Part shown: in pieces, positions 18,248 through 27,248 of the stretch
Layout of the letters: each line of letters starts with the position of its first letter
Position numbering within the stretch: the stretch's first letter is position 1
Program-made: the position numbers and the translations under genes
Notes under the pieces: model-generated
What the model saw: the letters and a program-made list of their open reading frames with translations, nothing else
Database searches by the model: none
What the model was told of the DNA's origin: nothing
DNA from: a virus
Taxonomy: Duplodnaviria > Caudoviricetes
DNA: 64,000 bases
Virus record (IMG/VR): IMGVR_UViG_3300010149_000008
Strand: one strand, 5' to 3'

Positions 18248-18391
18248 TTAGTAGTTTTTTTTATTTATGAAGTCTATAAAGCTATATAAAATAGCAAATG
18301 TAATAGGAATAATTATTGTTATAGCACTATAGCGAGTTAAGGCTAAAAAAACAATAATTAAAAAAACATACAATATAGTTTCTGCTTTCAT
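18248..18391 (-). CDS. Small hydrophobic membrane peptide (47 aa, not in track)
   Basis: MKAETILYVFLIIVFLALTRYSAITIIIPITFAILYSFIDFINKKNY read manually. Confidence 0.5.
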   Translation of the reverse strand: MKAETILYVFLIIVFLALTRYSAITIIIPITFAILYSFIDFINKKNY

Positions 18392-18400
18392 GTTGTATTT

Positions 18401-18628
18401 CTAGTAGTCTTTATTATTAGAAATTTTATTTAAATAGTTTATGTTTATACTATCACCATCATCAAATTGTTCGTGATCTTCGTGTACACATCCGTAATCT
18501 TCATTTTCATCTTGAAAACTTAAAACTTCTTCTTTAAAAGCTTTATTTCTCGTATTGTTAGTAGTATCGAATATAAAGCCTGTAACTAATGTTATTGATA
18601 ATAAGGTTACTAAAATTAAACGAAGCAT
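18401..18628 (-). CDS. Small exported protein
   Basis: AGGAG RBS; N-terminal hydrophobic segment. Confidence 0.6.
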   Translation of the reverse strand: MLRLILVTLLSITLVTGFIFDTTNNTRNKAFKEEVLSFQDENEDYGCVHEDHEQFDDGDSININYLNKISNNKDY

Positions 18629-18655
18629 AATATCTCCTAATAAGTTTTTAAAAAT

Positions 18656-18727
18656 TGGGTCGCCCGGGACTCGAACCCGGAACCAATGGATTAAAAGTCC
18701 ACTGCTCTACCATTGAGCTAGCAACCC
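18656..18727 (-). tRNA. tRNA-Lys(TTT)
   Basis: GGGTTGC/GCGACCC acceptor, GTGGA-CTTTTAA-TCCAT anticodon arm; no CCA. Confidence 0.95.
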
Positions 18728-18867
18728 ATATGTTTTACTTTTCGTAGTTAATGATGTTATGTTTAAATAAATTAATTAATTCGCTATGCTTTTTATATTA
18801 GACCTATATAACTTGAAGATTTATATACATGATTATATTATGTTATTTACATTTGTATAAATTATAT

Positions 18868-19170
18868 TTAAAAACATTCAGGAAAAGTCTCATTAAAAGT
18901 TTCTGACCAATAATGCTTCTTGTTCGAATGCAAATTACCTTTAATACAGTCTACTTTAGGTTCATTACCACCTACATACTTTGAGCAAGAAATAATAATA
19001 TCTTTTTCTTTATATCTGCAAAACAAACTGTAAGTATTGATTTCGTAATAAGCATGATACCCAGTCTTTTTATTAATATACTCTATGCTTGAACCAATTG
19101 GTATATCAATTAACCCTGTATCATTATTTGTTCTTGCGCATAATTCAATTTTGTTAGTTAAAACTGTCAT
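18868..19170 (-). CDS. Hypothetical protein
   Basis: GGAGG RBS. Confidence 0.6.
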   Translation of the reverse strand: MTVLTNKIELCARTNNDTGLIDIPIGSSIEYINKKTGYHAYYEINTYSLFCRYKEKDIIISCSKYVGGNEPKVDCIKGNLHSNKKHYWSETFNETFPECF

Positions 19171-19206
19171 TTTAAAAACCTCCTGTAAATGGAATTCCGT
19201 AGTACC

Positions 19207-19437
19207 TTAATTAAATTGATTTGTTGTAATCATAAGATACGTTTCTTTTTCTCCAGTATTACAAACTGAATTATCGGCATCTGTTAAGTCTGGGTACAAC
19301 TCTTTTGTTTGAACTTCATCTTCTTTGACAAGTTCATAAAAAGCACCTTCAGGAGAAATAACTTGCATTGTCGGGTCATACGTCTCTAGGAGTTTAATAA
19401 GTTCTAAAACTGTCATTTTTTTCCTTTGTAAAAACAA
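19207..19437 (-). CDS. Hypothetical protein, MTVxELIxxL family
   Basis: MTVLELIKLLETYD, similar to 24790 and the N-terminus of 23561. Confidence 0.6.
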   Translation of the reverse strand: MFLQRKKMTVLELIKLLETYDPTMQVISPEGAFYELVKEDEVQTKELYPDLTDADNSVCNTGEKETYLMITTNQFN

Positions 19438-19476
19438 ATAATATATCCAACTCTTTTATTATAATAAATAATAGAT

Positions 19477-19881
19477 CTAATTTACACGCTTTGTAAAATC
19501 TTTTTCATATTCTTTATCAACTGAAATGTATAAAACTCTATGATCTATAAATTCTTTGAATTCTTTAAACACATAGTCTCCTTTGTAATCTTTTACTATA
19601 GAAGAAATATATCTTTGACATACAATTTTTTTTCTTTTAATTTCTAAGTTTAGCAAACAACTGTCTTTGTCAAAGCATCTAGCTACAAGATAAGATTTTA
19701 ACTCATGCAAGTTTTTGTTTACTTCTACAACTGTAGAACTTTTATTTTTATATCTTGTTACTTCGTCACATGTTACTTCTTTATATCCACTTTCTTTTAA
19801 GTAAATTATGTCCAAGACTTTTTCGTTATCACAAGAAAAAAGCAAAGATAAAGAAAAAATTAACAATAGCACTTTACTCAT
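19477..19881 (-). CDS. Putative lipoprotein
   Basis: MSKVLLLIFSLSLLFSC lipobox-like. Confidence 0.6.
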   Translation of the reverse strand: MSKVLLLIFSLSLLFSCDNEKVLDIIYLKESGYKEVTCDEVTRYKNKSSTVVEVNKNLHELKSYLVARCFDKDSCLLNLEIKRKKIVCQRYISSIVKDYKGDYVFKEFKEFIDHRVLYISVDKEYEKDFTKRVN

Positions 19882-19938
19882 TTAAACCCTTACAATATTG
19901 ATATTGTTTTTCATATAATTTTAAAGCCTGTTTAAAAT

Positions 19939-20322
19939 TTAGCCTCCGTATATATCGTTATATCTTCTAGCTTCAGCAAAACCTGGAGTCATCCATGCCA
20001 TTTTACTACTAATAGATCTAGCTGCTGCAACATGCCCATCATGCCAACCAGCATTTTCTGGATACTGTTCAACAATCATTTTGTGAATAGCTTTTAAAAA
20101 TGGTCTCATTGAGCCACATTTTTCATCCCAATTTTTCTTGATTACGCTATTAACAATAGGATCGTATCTATAAGAAGAGCTGTAGTCTTTGTTGCTGCAC
20201 TCTTTAACTAGATCATCAACAATATGCTGCAGTTTAGATCTACTAAATGATATTTCAACATAGTTGTTAAACCAAGGTGACTGTTCTGTATCGAATTTAA
20301 TTGTGAATAAATCTTTGCTCAT
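19939..20322 (-). CDS. Hypothetical protein
   Basis: AAAGG RBS. Confidence 0.65.
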   Translation of the reverse strand: MSKDLFTIKFDTEQSPWFNNYVEISFSRSKLQHIVDDLVKECSNKDYSSSYRYDPIVNSVIKKNWDEKCGSMRPFLKAIHKMIVEQYPENAGWHDGHVAAARSISSKMAWMTPGFAEARRYNDIYGG

Positions 20323-20484
20323 TTTTTTACCTTTTGAAATGAAATTTAAAGAAAGAAGTTAAAAGATAGAGATTAATCAAATATGATAACCCAGAGTAAA
20401 AGTAATATTGCTAATAAAAACATAGTTTGTTCCTTTGTTGTTGTTTCCCCTTATATCATTATTATAATATATAATAATTCCAAA

Positions 20485-20718
20485 TTACACGCATGTATTA
20501 ACTACACCGTTCTTTATAACATTTGAAGCATAACATGAAAGCGGTATTGCTTGAGATCTATAACCGTTATATTTATCTATTCCGACTTCTAGCTTTTGTT
20601 CTTCAGTAAACTTGTGGACATCATCTAAGCCTAAACAGAACATGCTTTTGCCTTTGTTTTTTCCTGAAAGTATTATTTCAACCTTAAACATTATTAGTGG
20701 GTATTTGTTTGTTTTCAT
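20485..20718 (-). CDS. Hypothetical protein
   Basis: AAGGA RBS. Confidence 0.6.
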   Translation of the reverse strand: MKTNKYPLIMFKVEIILSGKNKGKSMFCLGLDDVHKFTEEQKLEVGIDKYNGYRSQAIPLSCYASNVIKNGVVNTCV

Positions 20719-20749
20719 ATTTGCTGTCCTTATTACTTAGTCATATAAA

Positions 20750-20914
20750 TTAGCCATAAATACTTCTTGCTGTAATAGCTAAAGAAATTTGCAAAAAAAG
20801 ATATACGAATACTGACAAGGAAATATACGCTGTTTTTTCGTAAACATAAAAACATATTACTAAAGGCACAATGAATAATATTGCAAACTGCGGCGGTACA
20901 TAAACTGTTTCCAT
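20750..20914 (-). CDS. Small membrane peptide (54 aa, not in track)
   Basis: METVYVPPQFAILFIVPLVICFYVYEKTAYISLSVFVYLFLQISLAITARSIYG; AGGA RBS. Confidence 0.55.
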   Translation of the reverse strand: METVYVPPQFAILFIVPLVICFYVYEKTAYISLSVFVYLFLQISLAITARSIYG

Positions 20915-20926
20915 ATCTTTATCCTG

Positions 20927-21103
20927 CTATTTGAAAGTGATTAAAATGATCGATAAATAAATTAAAAATGAATATAAAATTGTTTTAAAAATAGATAAAT
21001 TGTAATTTGAAAAAACTGTAACAGGAATCATAATAAATAAAACATTAAGCATTGATGGAACAATAAAGCTAGCTGATAACATTATATCTAATCCACTTTT
21101 CAT
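20927..21103 (-). CDS. Small membrane peptide (58 aa, not in track)
   Basis: MKSGLDIMLSASFIVPSMLNVLFIMIPVTVF...; AAAGGA RBS, promoter 21137-21167. Confidence 0.55.
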   Translation of the reverse strand: MKSGLDIMLSASFIVPSMLNVLFIMIPVTVFSNYNLSIFKTILYSFLIYLSIILITFK

Positions 21104-21174
21104 TATTATTTCCTTTTTCCGATTGCCTTATGAGTTATTATACCATTAATTAATTTCATGTTGCACGCTTTAAA

Positions 21175-21357
21175 TTACTCTGGTATATCAATCTTAAATG
21201 CTGCTGCTATACATGAAAATATTGTTGCAGTCAAAGTAGTACATAAGATTTGATCTATAAAGTTTGTTATACTAAGAGCTTCGATTAATTGAACGTTAAC
21301 AATAAAACCTGATAATAGTGCTATTACAAACGTTAAAGGTGTTATAACTTTTTTCAT
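21175..21357 (-). CDS. Small 2-TM membrane protein
   Basis: Two hydrophobic segments. Confidence 0.6.
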   Translation of the reverse strand: MKKVITPLTFVIALLSGFIVNVQLIEALSITNFIDQILCTTLTATIFSCIAAAFKIDIPE

Positions 21358-21361
21358 TTTT

Positions 21362-21511
21362 CTAACTCAACAAGTGAAAAGTAAAGATACCAATTAAGAT
21401 TCCTAACAATTGTTCAGGAAACATAAAAGATAAAATCATGCATAAAGCAATTGCTGTTAACCAATAAAAAGCTAACAAAAAACAAATTAATTCTCTAGTA
21501 ATAATGTTCAT
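21362..21511 (-). CDS. Small 2-TM membrane peptide (49 aa, not in track)
   Basis: MNIITRELICFLLAFYWLTAIALCMILSFMFPEQLLGILIGIFTFHLLS. Confidence 0.55.
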   Translation of the reverse strand: MNIITRELICFLLAFYWLTAIALCMILSFMFPEQLLGILIGIFTFHLLS

Positions 21512-21513
21512 CA

Positions 21514-21753
21514 TTAAAAAGTGTCCATATCTTTAATTAAACCTGCACTACGACATGCAACCCAATATATCGAGTAGATAAAAATTACTGTTGACATTAT
21601 AACAGGAAAAGAAGCACCTAATGTTTCAAGATATACTCCTAAAATCCACGGTAACATAAAAGCTGAAATGCAGAGGATAACTGACATCATTAACATAGTT
21701 ACACTAAAAAGCAAAACAAAAAACTCTTTTAAATAAATTAAAGCCACAAGCAA
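21514..21753 (-). CDS. Small membrane protein
   Basis: Highly hydrophobic; start uncertain. Confidence 0.55.
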   Translation of the reverse strand: MLVALIYLKEFFVLLFSVTMLMMSVILCISAFMLPWILGVYLETLGASFPVIMSTVIFIYSIYWVACRSAGLIKDMDTF

Positions 21754-21980
21754 TTTCCTAACTCCATACCAACACTTTTAATCTCTTCATCTCTTGTTTC
21801 ATGTAATGATCTATATGCAAGTTTTGATGCAATTGCATAGTCATCATGATCTGGGCTGCTATTTAAATCAATGTATATATTACAATGCTTTTTAAATTGT
21901 TTTAAAGTAAACCCATCTTCTATTGACTTTGATTGCCAGTAATTGTATATTTCAATATATTTTGATATGCTCATTTTCAT
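21738..21980 (-). CDS. Hypothetical protein
   Basis: AAGGA RBS, promoter 22010-22040. Confidence 0.6.
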   Translation of the reverse strand: MKMSISKYIEIYNYWQSKSIEDGFTLKQFKKHCNIYIDLNSSPDHDDYAIASKLAYRSLHETRDEEIKSVGMELGNCLWL

Positions 21981-22057
21981 CCTTGTTTGTTGGTTGGATT
22001 ATATGGTTTATTATAAGACAATATTAAACTATTTTACACGCAATTAGAAGTAAAACT

Positions 22058-22546
22058 TCACCTATCTTCCGGTTTTACGAAAGCCATTCCTAAAAGCATG
22101 TAGATTTCTTCTTCAGACTTGTTTTTAGATATATTGTTTTTTTCGCTATCTATCAGACCGTTTTGACTTAATTTAAGGCCCAGCTTGTTTGCTTTTTTTC
22201 TAAGCCTTACATTTTCTTTAGTCGAACCTGTCCAGTGTAAAAGGTAAGAACCTTTAATTTCAGAATTGCAAATGTTTAAGTCAATCTGTACATCTTCAAA
22301 AAGAAAACTGCATGACTTTCTCTTGCTCAGATCTTTACCCGTCAATGTCTCAAGCTTTTTGTCCAAACCAATTTCAGCTTCTTCTCTTACTACTATCAAG
22401 TCTAAATCACCTACTTCTTTTTTCTTCCTCCTTAGACTTCCTGCTACGTAAACTCCTTTTTCTCCAATAACTTTTTTTACTTTACAGATTATCTTGTTTG
22501 CATTTGCTGAAGATATTTTTTTGCCATTTGATAGTTTGCCGCCCAT
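22058..22546 (-). CDS. Minimal family-X DNA polymerase (palm + C-terminal domain only)
   Basis: AGSLRRKKKEVGDLDLIV, QIDL, LLHWTGS..EN..LR..A.K.GLKLSQNGL; 162 aa. Confidence 0.88.
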   Translation of the reverse strand: MGGKLSNGKKISSANANKIICKVKKVIGEKGVYVAGSLRRKKKEVGDLDLIVVREEAEIGLDKKLETLTGKDLSKRKSCSFLFEDVQIDLNICNSEIKGSYLLHWTGSTKENVRLRKKANKLGLKLSQNGLIDSEKNNISKNKSEEEIYMLLGMAFVKPEDR

Positions 22547-22582
22547 AATTTATCCTTTTTTGGTTGGTATGTATTATGTTTT

Positions 22583-22613
22583 ATTATAAATAATTAATTA
22601 ACTTTTTTACACG
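22583..22613 (-). promoter_or_regulatory. Early-type promoter for PolX
   Basis: CGTGTAA-N18-TATAAT. Confidence 0.75.
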
Positions 22614-22621
22614 AATAGTGT

Positions 22622-22909
22622 CTAGTCTACAACATAAATAATATCACAATCGCTAGATAGCGTTGCAGGTGTTACGTCACCTTTTTTTGCATGAATATAG
22701 TCAGGAGCTTCAACAACCTTCCACTTTGCGTAATAACCATCACTATTTTTTTCATTACTCACTTTTCCTGTTGATATACCATGAAAAGTTATTTTGCCTC
22801 CACTTCTACATATAATCTCAGCACGTTGGCCAAACGTTGTATACTTACTCCATTCAGCATCTGTACAAGAGAAAAATAAAGCTGTAATTAAAATTAAGTA
22901 TTTCTTCAT
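22622..22909 (-). CDS. Putative lipoprotein
   Basis: MKKYLILITALFFSC lipobox-like. Confidence 0.65.
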   Translation of the reverse strand: MKKYLILITALFFSCTDAEWSKYTTFGQRAEIICRSGGKITFHGISTGKVSNEKNSDGYYAKWKVVEAPDYIHAKKGDVTPATLSSDCDIIYVVD

Positions 22910-23001
22910 ATTGTGTCCTTTTAAATGAATGATTGTTAATGCCTTATGGATTATTATAATATAGTATTAATCTAATTTACACTTAATAAGTTCTGACATT
23001 T

Positions 23002-23316
23002 TTATTTACTATAGTCATTTAAATAATTCTCTGTTATTAATATCATTTCTTTTAATGTAGCTACACTATTTGCTAAAGGTAAAACAAACTTATCACGGTC
23101 AGAAACGCCTAACCTGTTCATCTTATTAACTACTCTTATCATACGTGTTTCTACCTCTTTTAAAGAAACAGTCATGTGCGCTATATTTTGATGCAAAGTT
23201 TCTACTAAAGGTACATCATCAGAATTTTCAGCGTTTTTTACAGCTGTATCTAGAATTTTGTAGTGATCAATACTTTCTTTTATAAATACTTCTAACATTA
23301 CAGGCTTTTTAATCAT
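23002..23316 (-). CDS. Hypothetical helical protein
   Basis: GAGGA RBS. Confidence 0.6.
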   Translation of the reverse strand: MIKKPVMLEVFIKESIDHYKILDTAVKNAENSDDVPLVETLHQNIAHMTVSLKEVETRMIRVVNKMNRLGVSDRDKFVLPLANSVATLKEMILITENYLNDYSK

Positions 23317-23379
23317 AATACTTATCCTCTTTACTATATAAGATATATATTATCTATGTCTATAACAAAAGCACTAACA

Positions 23380-23526
23380 CTACTTTGACCAAACAACCTT
23401 TATATTACTCATTTCTTGATGCCACTTTGCCTCCTGCTTTTCACAAAGTCCGATAGCCATTGATGAAAAGCTTATTAGACACTCATTTGTTTCTAAACAG
23501 ATTAGACTGACTGTGTATACTTTCAC
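23380..23526 (-). CDS. Small hypothetical protein (48 aa, not in track)
   Basis: AAAGG RBS + GTG; MKVYTVSLICLETNECL... Confidence 0.45.
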   Translation of the reverse strand: MKVYTVSLICLETNECLISFSSMAIGLCEKQEAKWHQEMSNIKVVWSK

Positions 23527-23560
23527 GTAATACCTTTCTTTACTTTGTATATAAAAATTA

Positions 23561-24091
23561 TTATATGTATGATACTTCTAATAAAACTGCAGTATTCTGC
23601 AGCCTTGCTGAAACTGAGTACTTGAAGTCGTATACTTCACTAAACTCGTCTACATAAAAGTTAACGTCTTTCTTTTTCATAGAGTCCTGTGCCCACTGTT
23701 TAATATCTGATGTTATTAAACCCATCAAACTATCAGGCCCATTAGGATCGACGCCTTTAATTTTTCTTGTTAGCTCTTCTTTAAGATCAGATGCGTTAAC
23801 TCCTGTAAAGGGTTCATCATGTGGAATCTTCCAACAAAAAGCATGTGTATAATCGATTAAACCTTTAATGAATCTCTTGCTAGATGCTTTATGCATCTCA
23901 CCACGTGCTGTAAACAAAGCTGAATAGTTTTCTGTATTCAATGTCAACTCCGGGTTTTTAAGAGTAGCTTTAGGTAGTTTATTCTTTTTCATTTGTTTTA
24001 ACTGCTGTAGATTAACAGGCAAATCATCAGGTAGATTATTTAAAAGAGCTTTAAGCTCGCCTATGGTTTTAGCTTCTTTAAATATTGACAT
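23561..24091 (-). CDS. Hypothetical protein
   Basis: 176-aa ORF. Confidence 0.65.
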   Translation of the reverse strand: MSIFKEAKTIGELKALLNNLPDDLPVNLQQLKQMKKNKLPKATLKNPELTLNTENYSALFTARGEMHKASSKRFIKGLIDYTHAFCWKIPHDEPFTGVNASDLKEELTRKIKGVDPNGPDSLMGLITSDIKQWAQDSMKKKDVNFYVDEFSEVYDFKYSVSARLQNTAVLLEVSYI

Positions 24092-24094
24092 AAC

Positions 24095-24724
24095 CTACAC
24101 TTTAATATCTAAGAATTCTGTAATGAACTTAGCAAGCGTTAATTGATTTTTGAGAGTTGAAAACTTAACAATCTCTACATTGTTATTTAATAAAATTTGC
24201 TTGAGGACTTGATTGCTTAAGTTGGTATGTTCTCCTATGTCTAGAGGAATATGAATGCATGTATCTGGGTCTGTATCATATCGACTGTTATAAACCTCTG
24301 ACTGCGTTTGGCTATCCCAGACTTTGGTAATATCGCTAAGGTTGTCATCATAATCTTCACATATAATGTCATGTGTTATCATAATAACTTCAATACCCTT
24401 GTGCATTGAACCATCACTCATTTTTACAGTTTCTTGTTTATGTATTTCTCCTACTACACACTGATTGCTGTGATGGCCATGATAGTAAACAATCTTATCT
24501 GGTTCTTCTTCTTCTTGAACACCATTTAATTCAGGATCTTCATCAGGAAATGTTTCATAGTAATCATCAACAAAACACTGATCGTTATCAATATAGTGAT
24601 TGGTCAAACCTTGATAAGCTGATTGCCACATAGTATCAAAATCCATTTTCTCCAAAACTTTTCTAACAAGTTTTTCTACATATACTTCAGTATTAGGAAT
24701 GTATTTATCTCTTGAAAGTGTCAT
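24095..24724 (-). CDS. Hypothetical acidic protein
   Basis: 209-aa ORF, promoter 24771-24801. Confidence 0.7.
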   Translation of the reverse strand: MTLSRDKYIPNTEVYVEKLVRKVLEKMDFDTMWQSAYQGLTNHYIDNDQCFVDDYYETFPDEDPELNGVQEEEEPDKIVYYHGHHSNQCVVGEIHKQETVKMSDGSMHKGIEVIMITHDIICEDYDDNLSDITKVWDSQTQSEVYNSRYDTDPDTCIHIPLDIGEHTNLSNQVLKQILLNNNVEIVKFSTLKNQLTLAKFITEFLDIKV

Positions 24725-24770
24725 ATTTAATTTCCTTTTTGATTGAATGATTGAATGTACCTTATGATGT

Positions 24771-24801
24771 ATTATACCATGAAGTTGAACTAAATTGCAC
24801 G
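24771..24801 (-). promoter_or_regulatory. Early-type promoter, extended -10
   Basis: CGTGCAA-N18-TATAAT with TGG before -10. Confidence 0.75.
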
Positions 24802-24993
24802 TATAACAACTATATGCTTTACATCTTTATCTTCCTCAAATGCTCGAACTGTAGAGTTGTCAAATCTTACAAGTGAATTTTCTACAGCATTGTCATTTAT
24901 CTCTACTAACATATCATGATTTACTTCAATCAAAACTTCAGTATTAACATCATACTTTTTTAGCTTTTCAATCATCTCTATAACAGTCATCAT
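24790..24993 (-). CDS. Hypothetical protein, MTVxELIxxL family
   Basis: MTVIEMIEKLKKYD. Confidence 0.6.
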   Translation of the reverse strand: MMTVIEMIEKLKKYDVNTEVLIEVNHDMLVEINDNAVENSLVRFDNSTVRAFEEDKDVKHIVVIRAI

Positions 24994-25035
24994 ATTTTCC
25001 TTTTAAATAAGAATTGTTTATATTTGTTTATTACA

Positions 25036-25551
25036 CTACTTAACTACAGACTTGTCATCAAGTGTTCCTTTTGAATGTTTTAAAACTAGTTCAGAAAAAC
25101 CATTGAAATACAACTCATTTCCAGACAAAGTTTGTGAAGTGCCAAATATATAAGTTTCAGATCTAGCTTGTCTGCCTTTACTGTCTTTTGTATAGTCTAA
25201 AGAAAAGTCAAGATTTTGATTAAATACTAGAAAAACTTTACCAAATTCTAAATCACTTAAAGGCCTGTGTACTATAGTAACCCACATTCCTTTTTTATAA
25301 TCTTTAATCATACTTATTTCATCACAAATTTTCCTGCATTTGTCTATAATGTTTTGTTTGACGTTTCCCGATAGTAAAGGCAAAAGGTACTTTCTGTATT
25401 TAATTTTTTCATTTTCTAATGACTTAATAATATCGTAGAACTCATCCTCACAAATACCTATCCTATGCTTAAACTGGTTATTGTTCATCATTTTCTTCTT
25501 TTCAAATGTGATAATGTAAATTAAAAGTACTATAACAAGCTGTATAAACAA
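25036..25551 (-). CDS. Hypothetical protein
   Basis: Start uncertain (probably MMNNNQF). Confidence 0.55.
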   Translation of the reverse strand: MFIQLVIVLLIYIITFEKKKMMNNNQFKHRIGICEDEFYDIIKSLENEKIKYRKYLLPLLSGNVKQNIIDKCRKICDEISMIKDYKKGMWVTIVHRPLSDLEFGKVFLVFNQNLDFSLDYTKDSKGRQARSETYIFGTSQTLSGNELYFNGFSELVLKHSKGTLDDKSVVK

Positions 25552-25739
25552 TACTCTGTAATGTCACATGCGTTTGTTATCTCTTTAACAGTCTTTAGCT
25601 TTGTTTTAAGTGGCTTTACAATTTTAAGAGAAAAACTTTCACCTGGATTGCTTTGGATGTGTTTGCTTATCTTGAAAGCGTGCTCTTTTAAAACACCTTC
25701 GAAAACTTTTTTATCGTTGTGAGTAAATATAAAAAACAT
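25530..25739 (-). CDS. Hypothetical protein
   Basis: AAAGGA RBS, promoter 25784-25814. Confidence 0.6.
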   Translation of the reverse strand: MFFIFTHNDKKVFEGVLKEHAFKISKHIQSNPGESFSLKIVKPLKTKLKTVKEITNACDITEYCLYSLL

Positions 25740-25797
25740 ATTGTTTCCTTTTTGATTGTATGATTGAATGTATCTTATGATGTATTATAATACACTT

Positions 25798-26001
25798 TTA
25801 ATCTAGCTTACACGTTAATAACTTTATAAGCGTAATTTTACTTTTTGAATATAAAATGTTTAGTTGCCTAACATGATTACTTTTATTTAGAACTAATAAG
25901 TAAATAGAATTTATGTCATGTCGTTCTGAAACTATTAATCCATAATAGTCGTTGTCACGTGATATGATATCTCCAACTTTAAAATGTTTGTTAGCATTCA
26001 A
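25798..26001 (-). CDS. Hypothetical protein (SH3-like)
   Basis: FKVGDII...YYGLIV. Confidence 0.5.
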   Translation of the reverse strand: MNANKHFKVGDIISRDNDYYGLIVSERHDINSIYLLVLNKSNHVRQLNILYSKSKITLIKLLTCKLD

Positions 26002-26261
26002 TCATCATTTCCCACTTCCTCATTGCTTGCATCTAATGCATCATACTTTGCTTTATATTCAGCATTGGTTGCTACGTCATATTCATCCTGACTAAACTCA
26101 TATACATCATCTTCTGGTAGCCAATTTAAAAGACTGAACAGAACTTCTTTAGGATCTAATGTCTCGTTTTCTACTAAGTCTCTCATAATAATTGTATATT
26201 CTCTAGGCATTGGCATATTATTATTTCCTTTCTTTTTTAATGACTTGTTTGTTTCGATCAA
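25998..26261 (-). CDS. Hypothetical acidic protein
   Basis: Likely start at MPMPREY. Confidence 0.55.
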   Translation of the reverse strand: MIETNKSLKKKGNNNMPMPREYTIIMRDLVENETLDPKEVLFSLLNWLPEDDVYEFSQDEYDVATNAEYKAKYDALDASNEEVGNDD

Positions 26262-26406
26262 TAGCTTCTTCTAGTTTCAAAGCTTCAACATGAACACCTT
26301 CATAACCTTGATCAGTATAGTCTCGAGCATATTCTCTTGCTTCAATGATGCTGTCGAAATAGTAATCATTAACTTCTTGTCCACCAACCCAAACAGTATA
26401 CAGCAT
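26221..26406 (-). CDS. Hypothetical protein
   Basis: YTVWVGGQEVNDYY; 1-nt coupling. Confidence 0.6.
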   Translation of the reverse strand: MLYTVWVGGQEVNDYYFDSIIEAREYARDYTDQGYEGVHVEALKLEEAIDRNKQVIKKERK

Positions 26407-26636
26407 TAGTCTTCATCCTCTTCATCTTCTACATCATCGAACTCTTCCAAGGTATCTTGCATGCTACACATACTGCCGCCAAGATAGCCATGATCTTCAT
26501 CTAAAGCCATAGATATGTGTGCATACCAATAAGACTCAGCTCGAGCTCTTGCATGATCAGGAACAAGATCAAATGCCTCATCAAGTAGTTCTTTGATTTG
26601 CTCTTTTATTTCTTCAAATCTATATTTGTCTGACAT
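26406..26636 (-). CDS. Hypothetical acidic protein
   Basis: GGAGG RBS, TAATG coupling. Confidence 0.65.
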   Translation of the reverse strand: MSDKYRFEEIKEQIKELLDEAFDLVPDHARARAESYWYAHISMALDEDHGYLGGSMCSMQDTLEEFDDVEDEEDED

Positions 26637-27091
26637 TACTTGTCCTCCATTTCAACTAACTCTTTAATCAAGTCTAAATCAATTAGTCTATCATTAACTT
26701 TAACTTTTATATGTGTATACTGATTGTAAAGATTTACTTCACCTTTTTTCCAAAGCTCAACCTCTTCTTTAGAAGGATCATTAAAACTTTCTGTAACATT
26801 TCTCAATACAATAAAGTCACAGTCAGAATAACTAAAGTTTTCTTTTATAAACTCTTCAAAAGTATCGTATTGTGAATAGTTTTTTAACACATTTTCAATG
26901 GCAGCTTTTAGACCTGAGCTTAAAAAGTCAGGATTAGTATCAAATGATCTTTCGTAAAATGATGTAGTATGATAAACTTCTTCTAACTCTCCTTCTTCAT
27001 AAGTGTCTAGTATAGTAGATCTATCACAAACAATACTTACAGTATAGTCTTCACATATTGCATTGTTTAGTTTTTGAATTGTTGAATTCAT
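26636..27091 (-). CDS. Hypothetical protein
   Basis: Promoter 27138-27168. Confidence 0.65.
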   Translation of the reverse strand: MNSTIQKLNNAICEDYTVSIVCDRSTILDTYEEGELEEVYHTTSFYERSFDTNPDFLSSGLKAAIENVLKNYSQYDTFEEFIKENFSYSDCDFIVLRNVTESFNDPSKEEVELWKKGEVNLYNQYTHIKVKVNDRLIDLDLIKELVEMEDK

Positions 27092-27248
27092 ATATTATAT
27101 CCTTTTTGATTAAATGATTGAATGTACCTTATGATATATTATAATATGAAATTAATCTTACTTGCACGTAATTAAGCTAAAATAATTCTATCTTTTTTAA
27201 GATGACACAAACTATGAGACTGTTGACGATACAGGAGCTTAATACTTT

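Noticed and set aside
23380-23560. Apparent ORF gap suggesting a frameshifted pseudogene
   Set aside because: Manual reading gives an intact 48-aa GTG-start ORF below the track's length cutoff.
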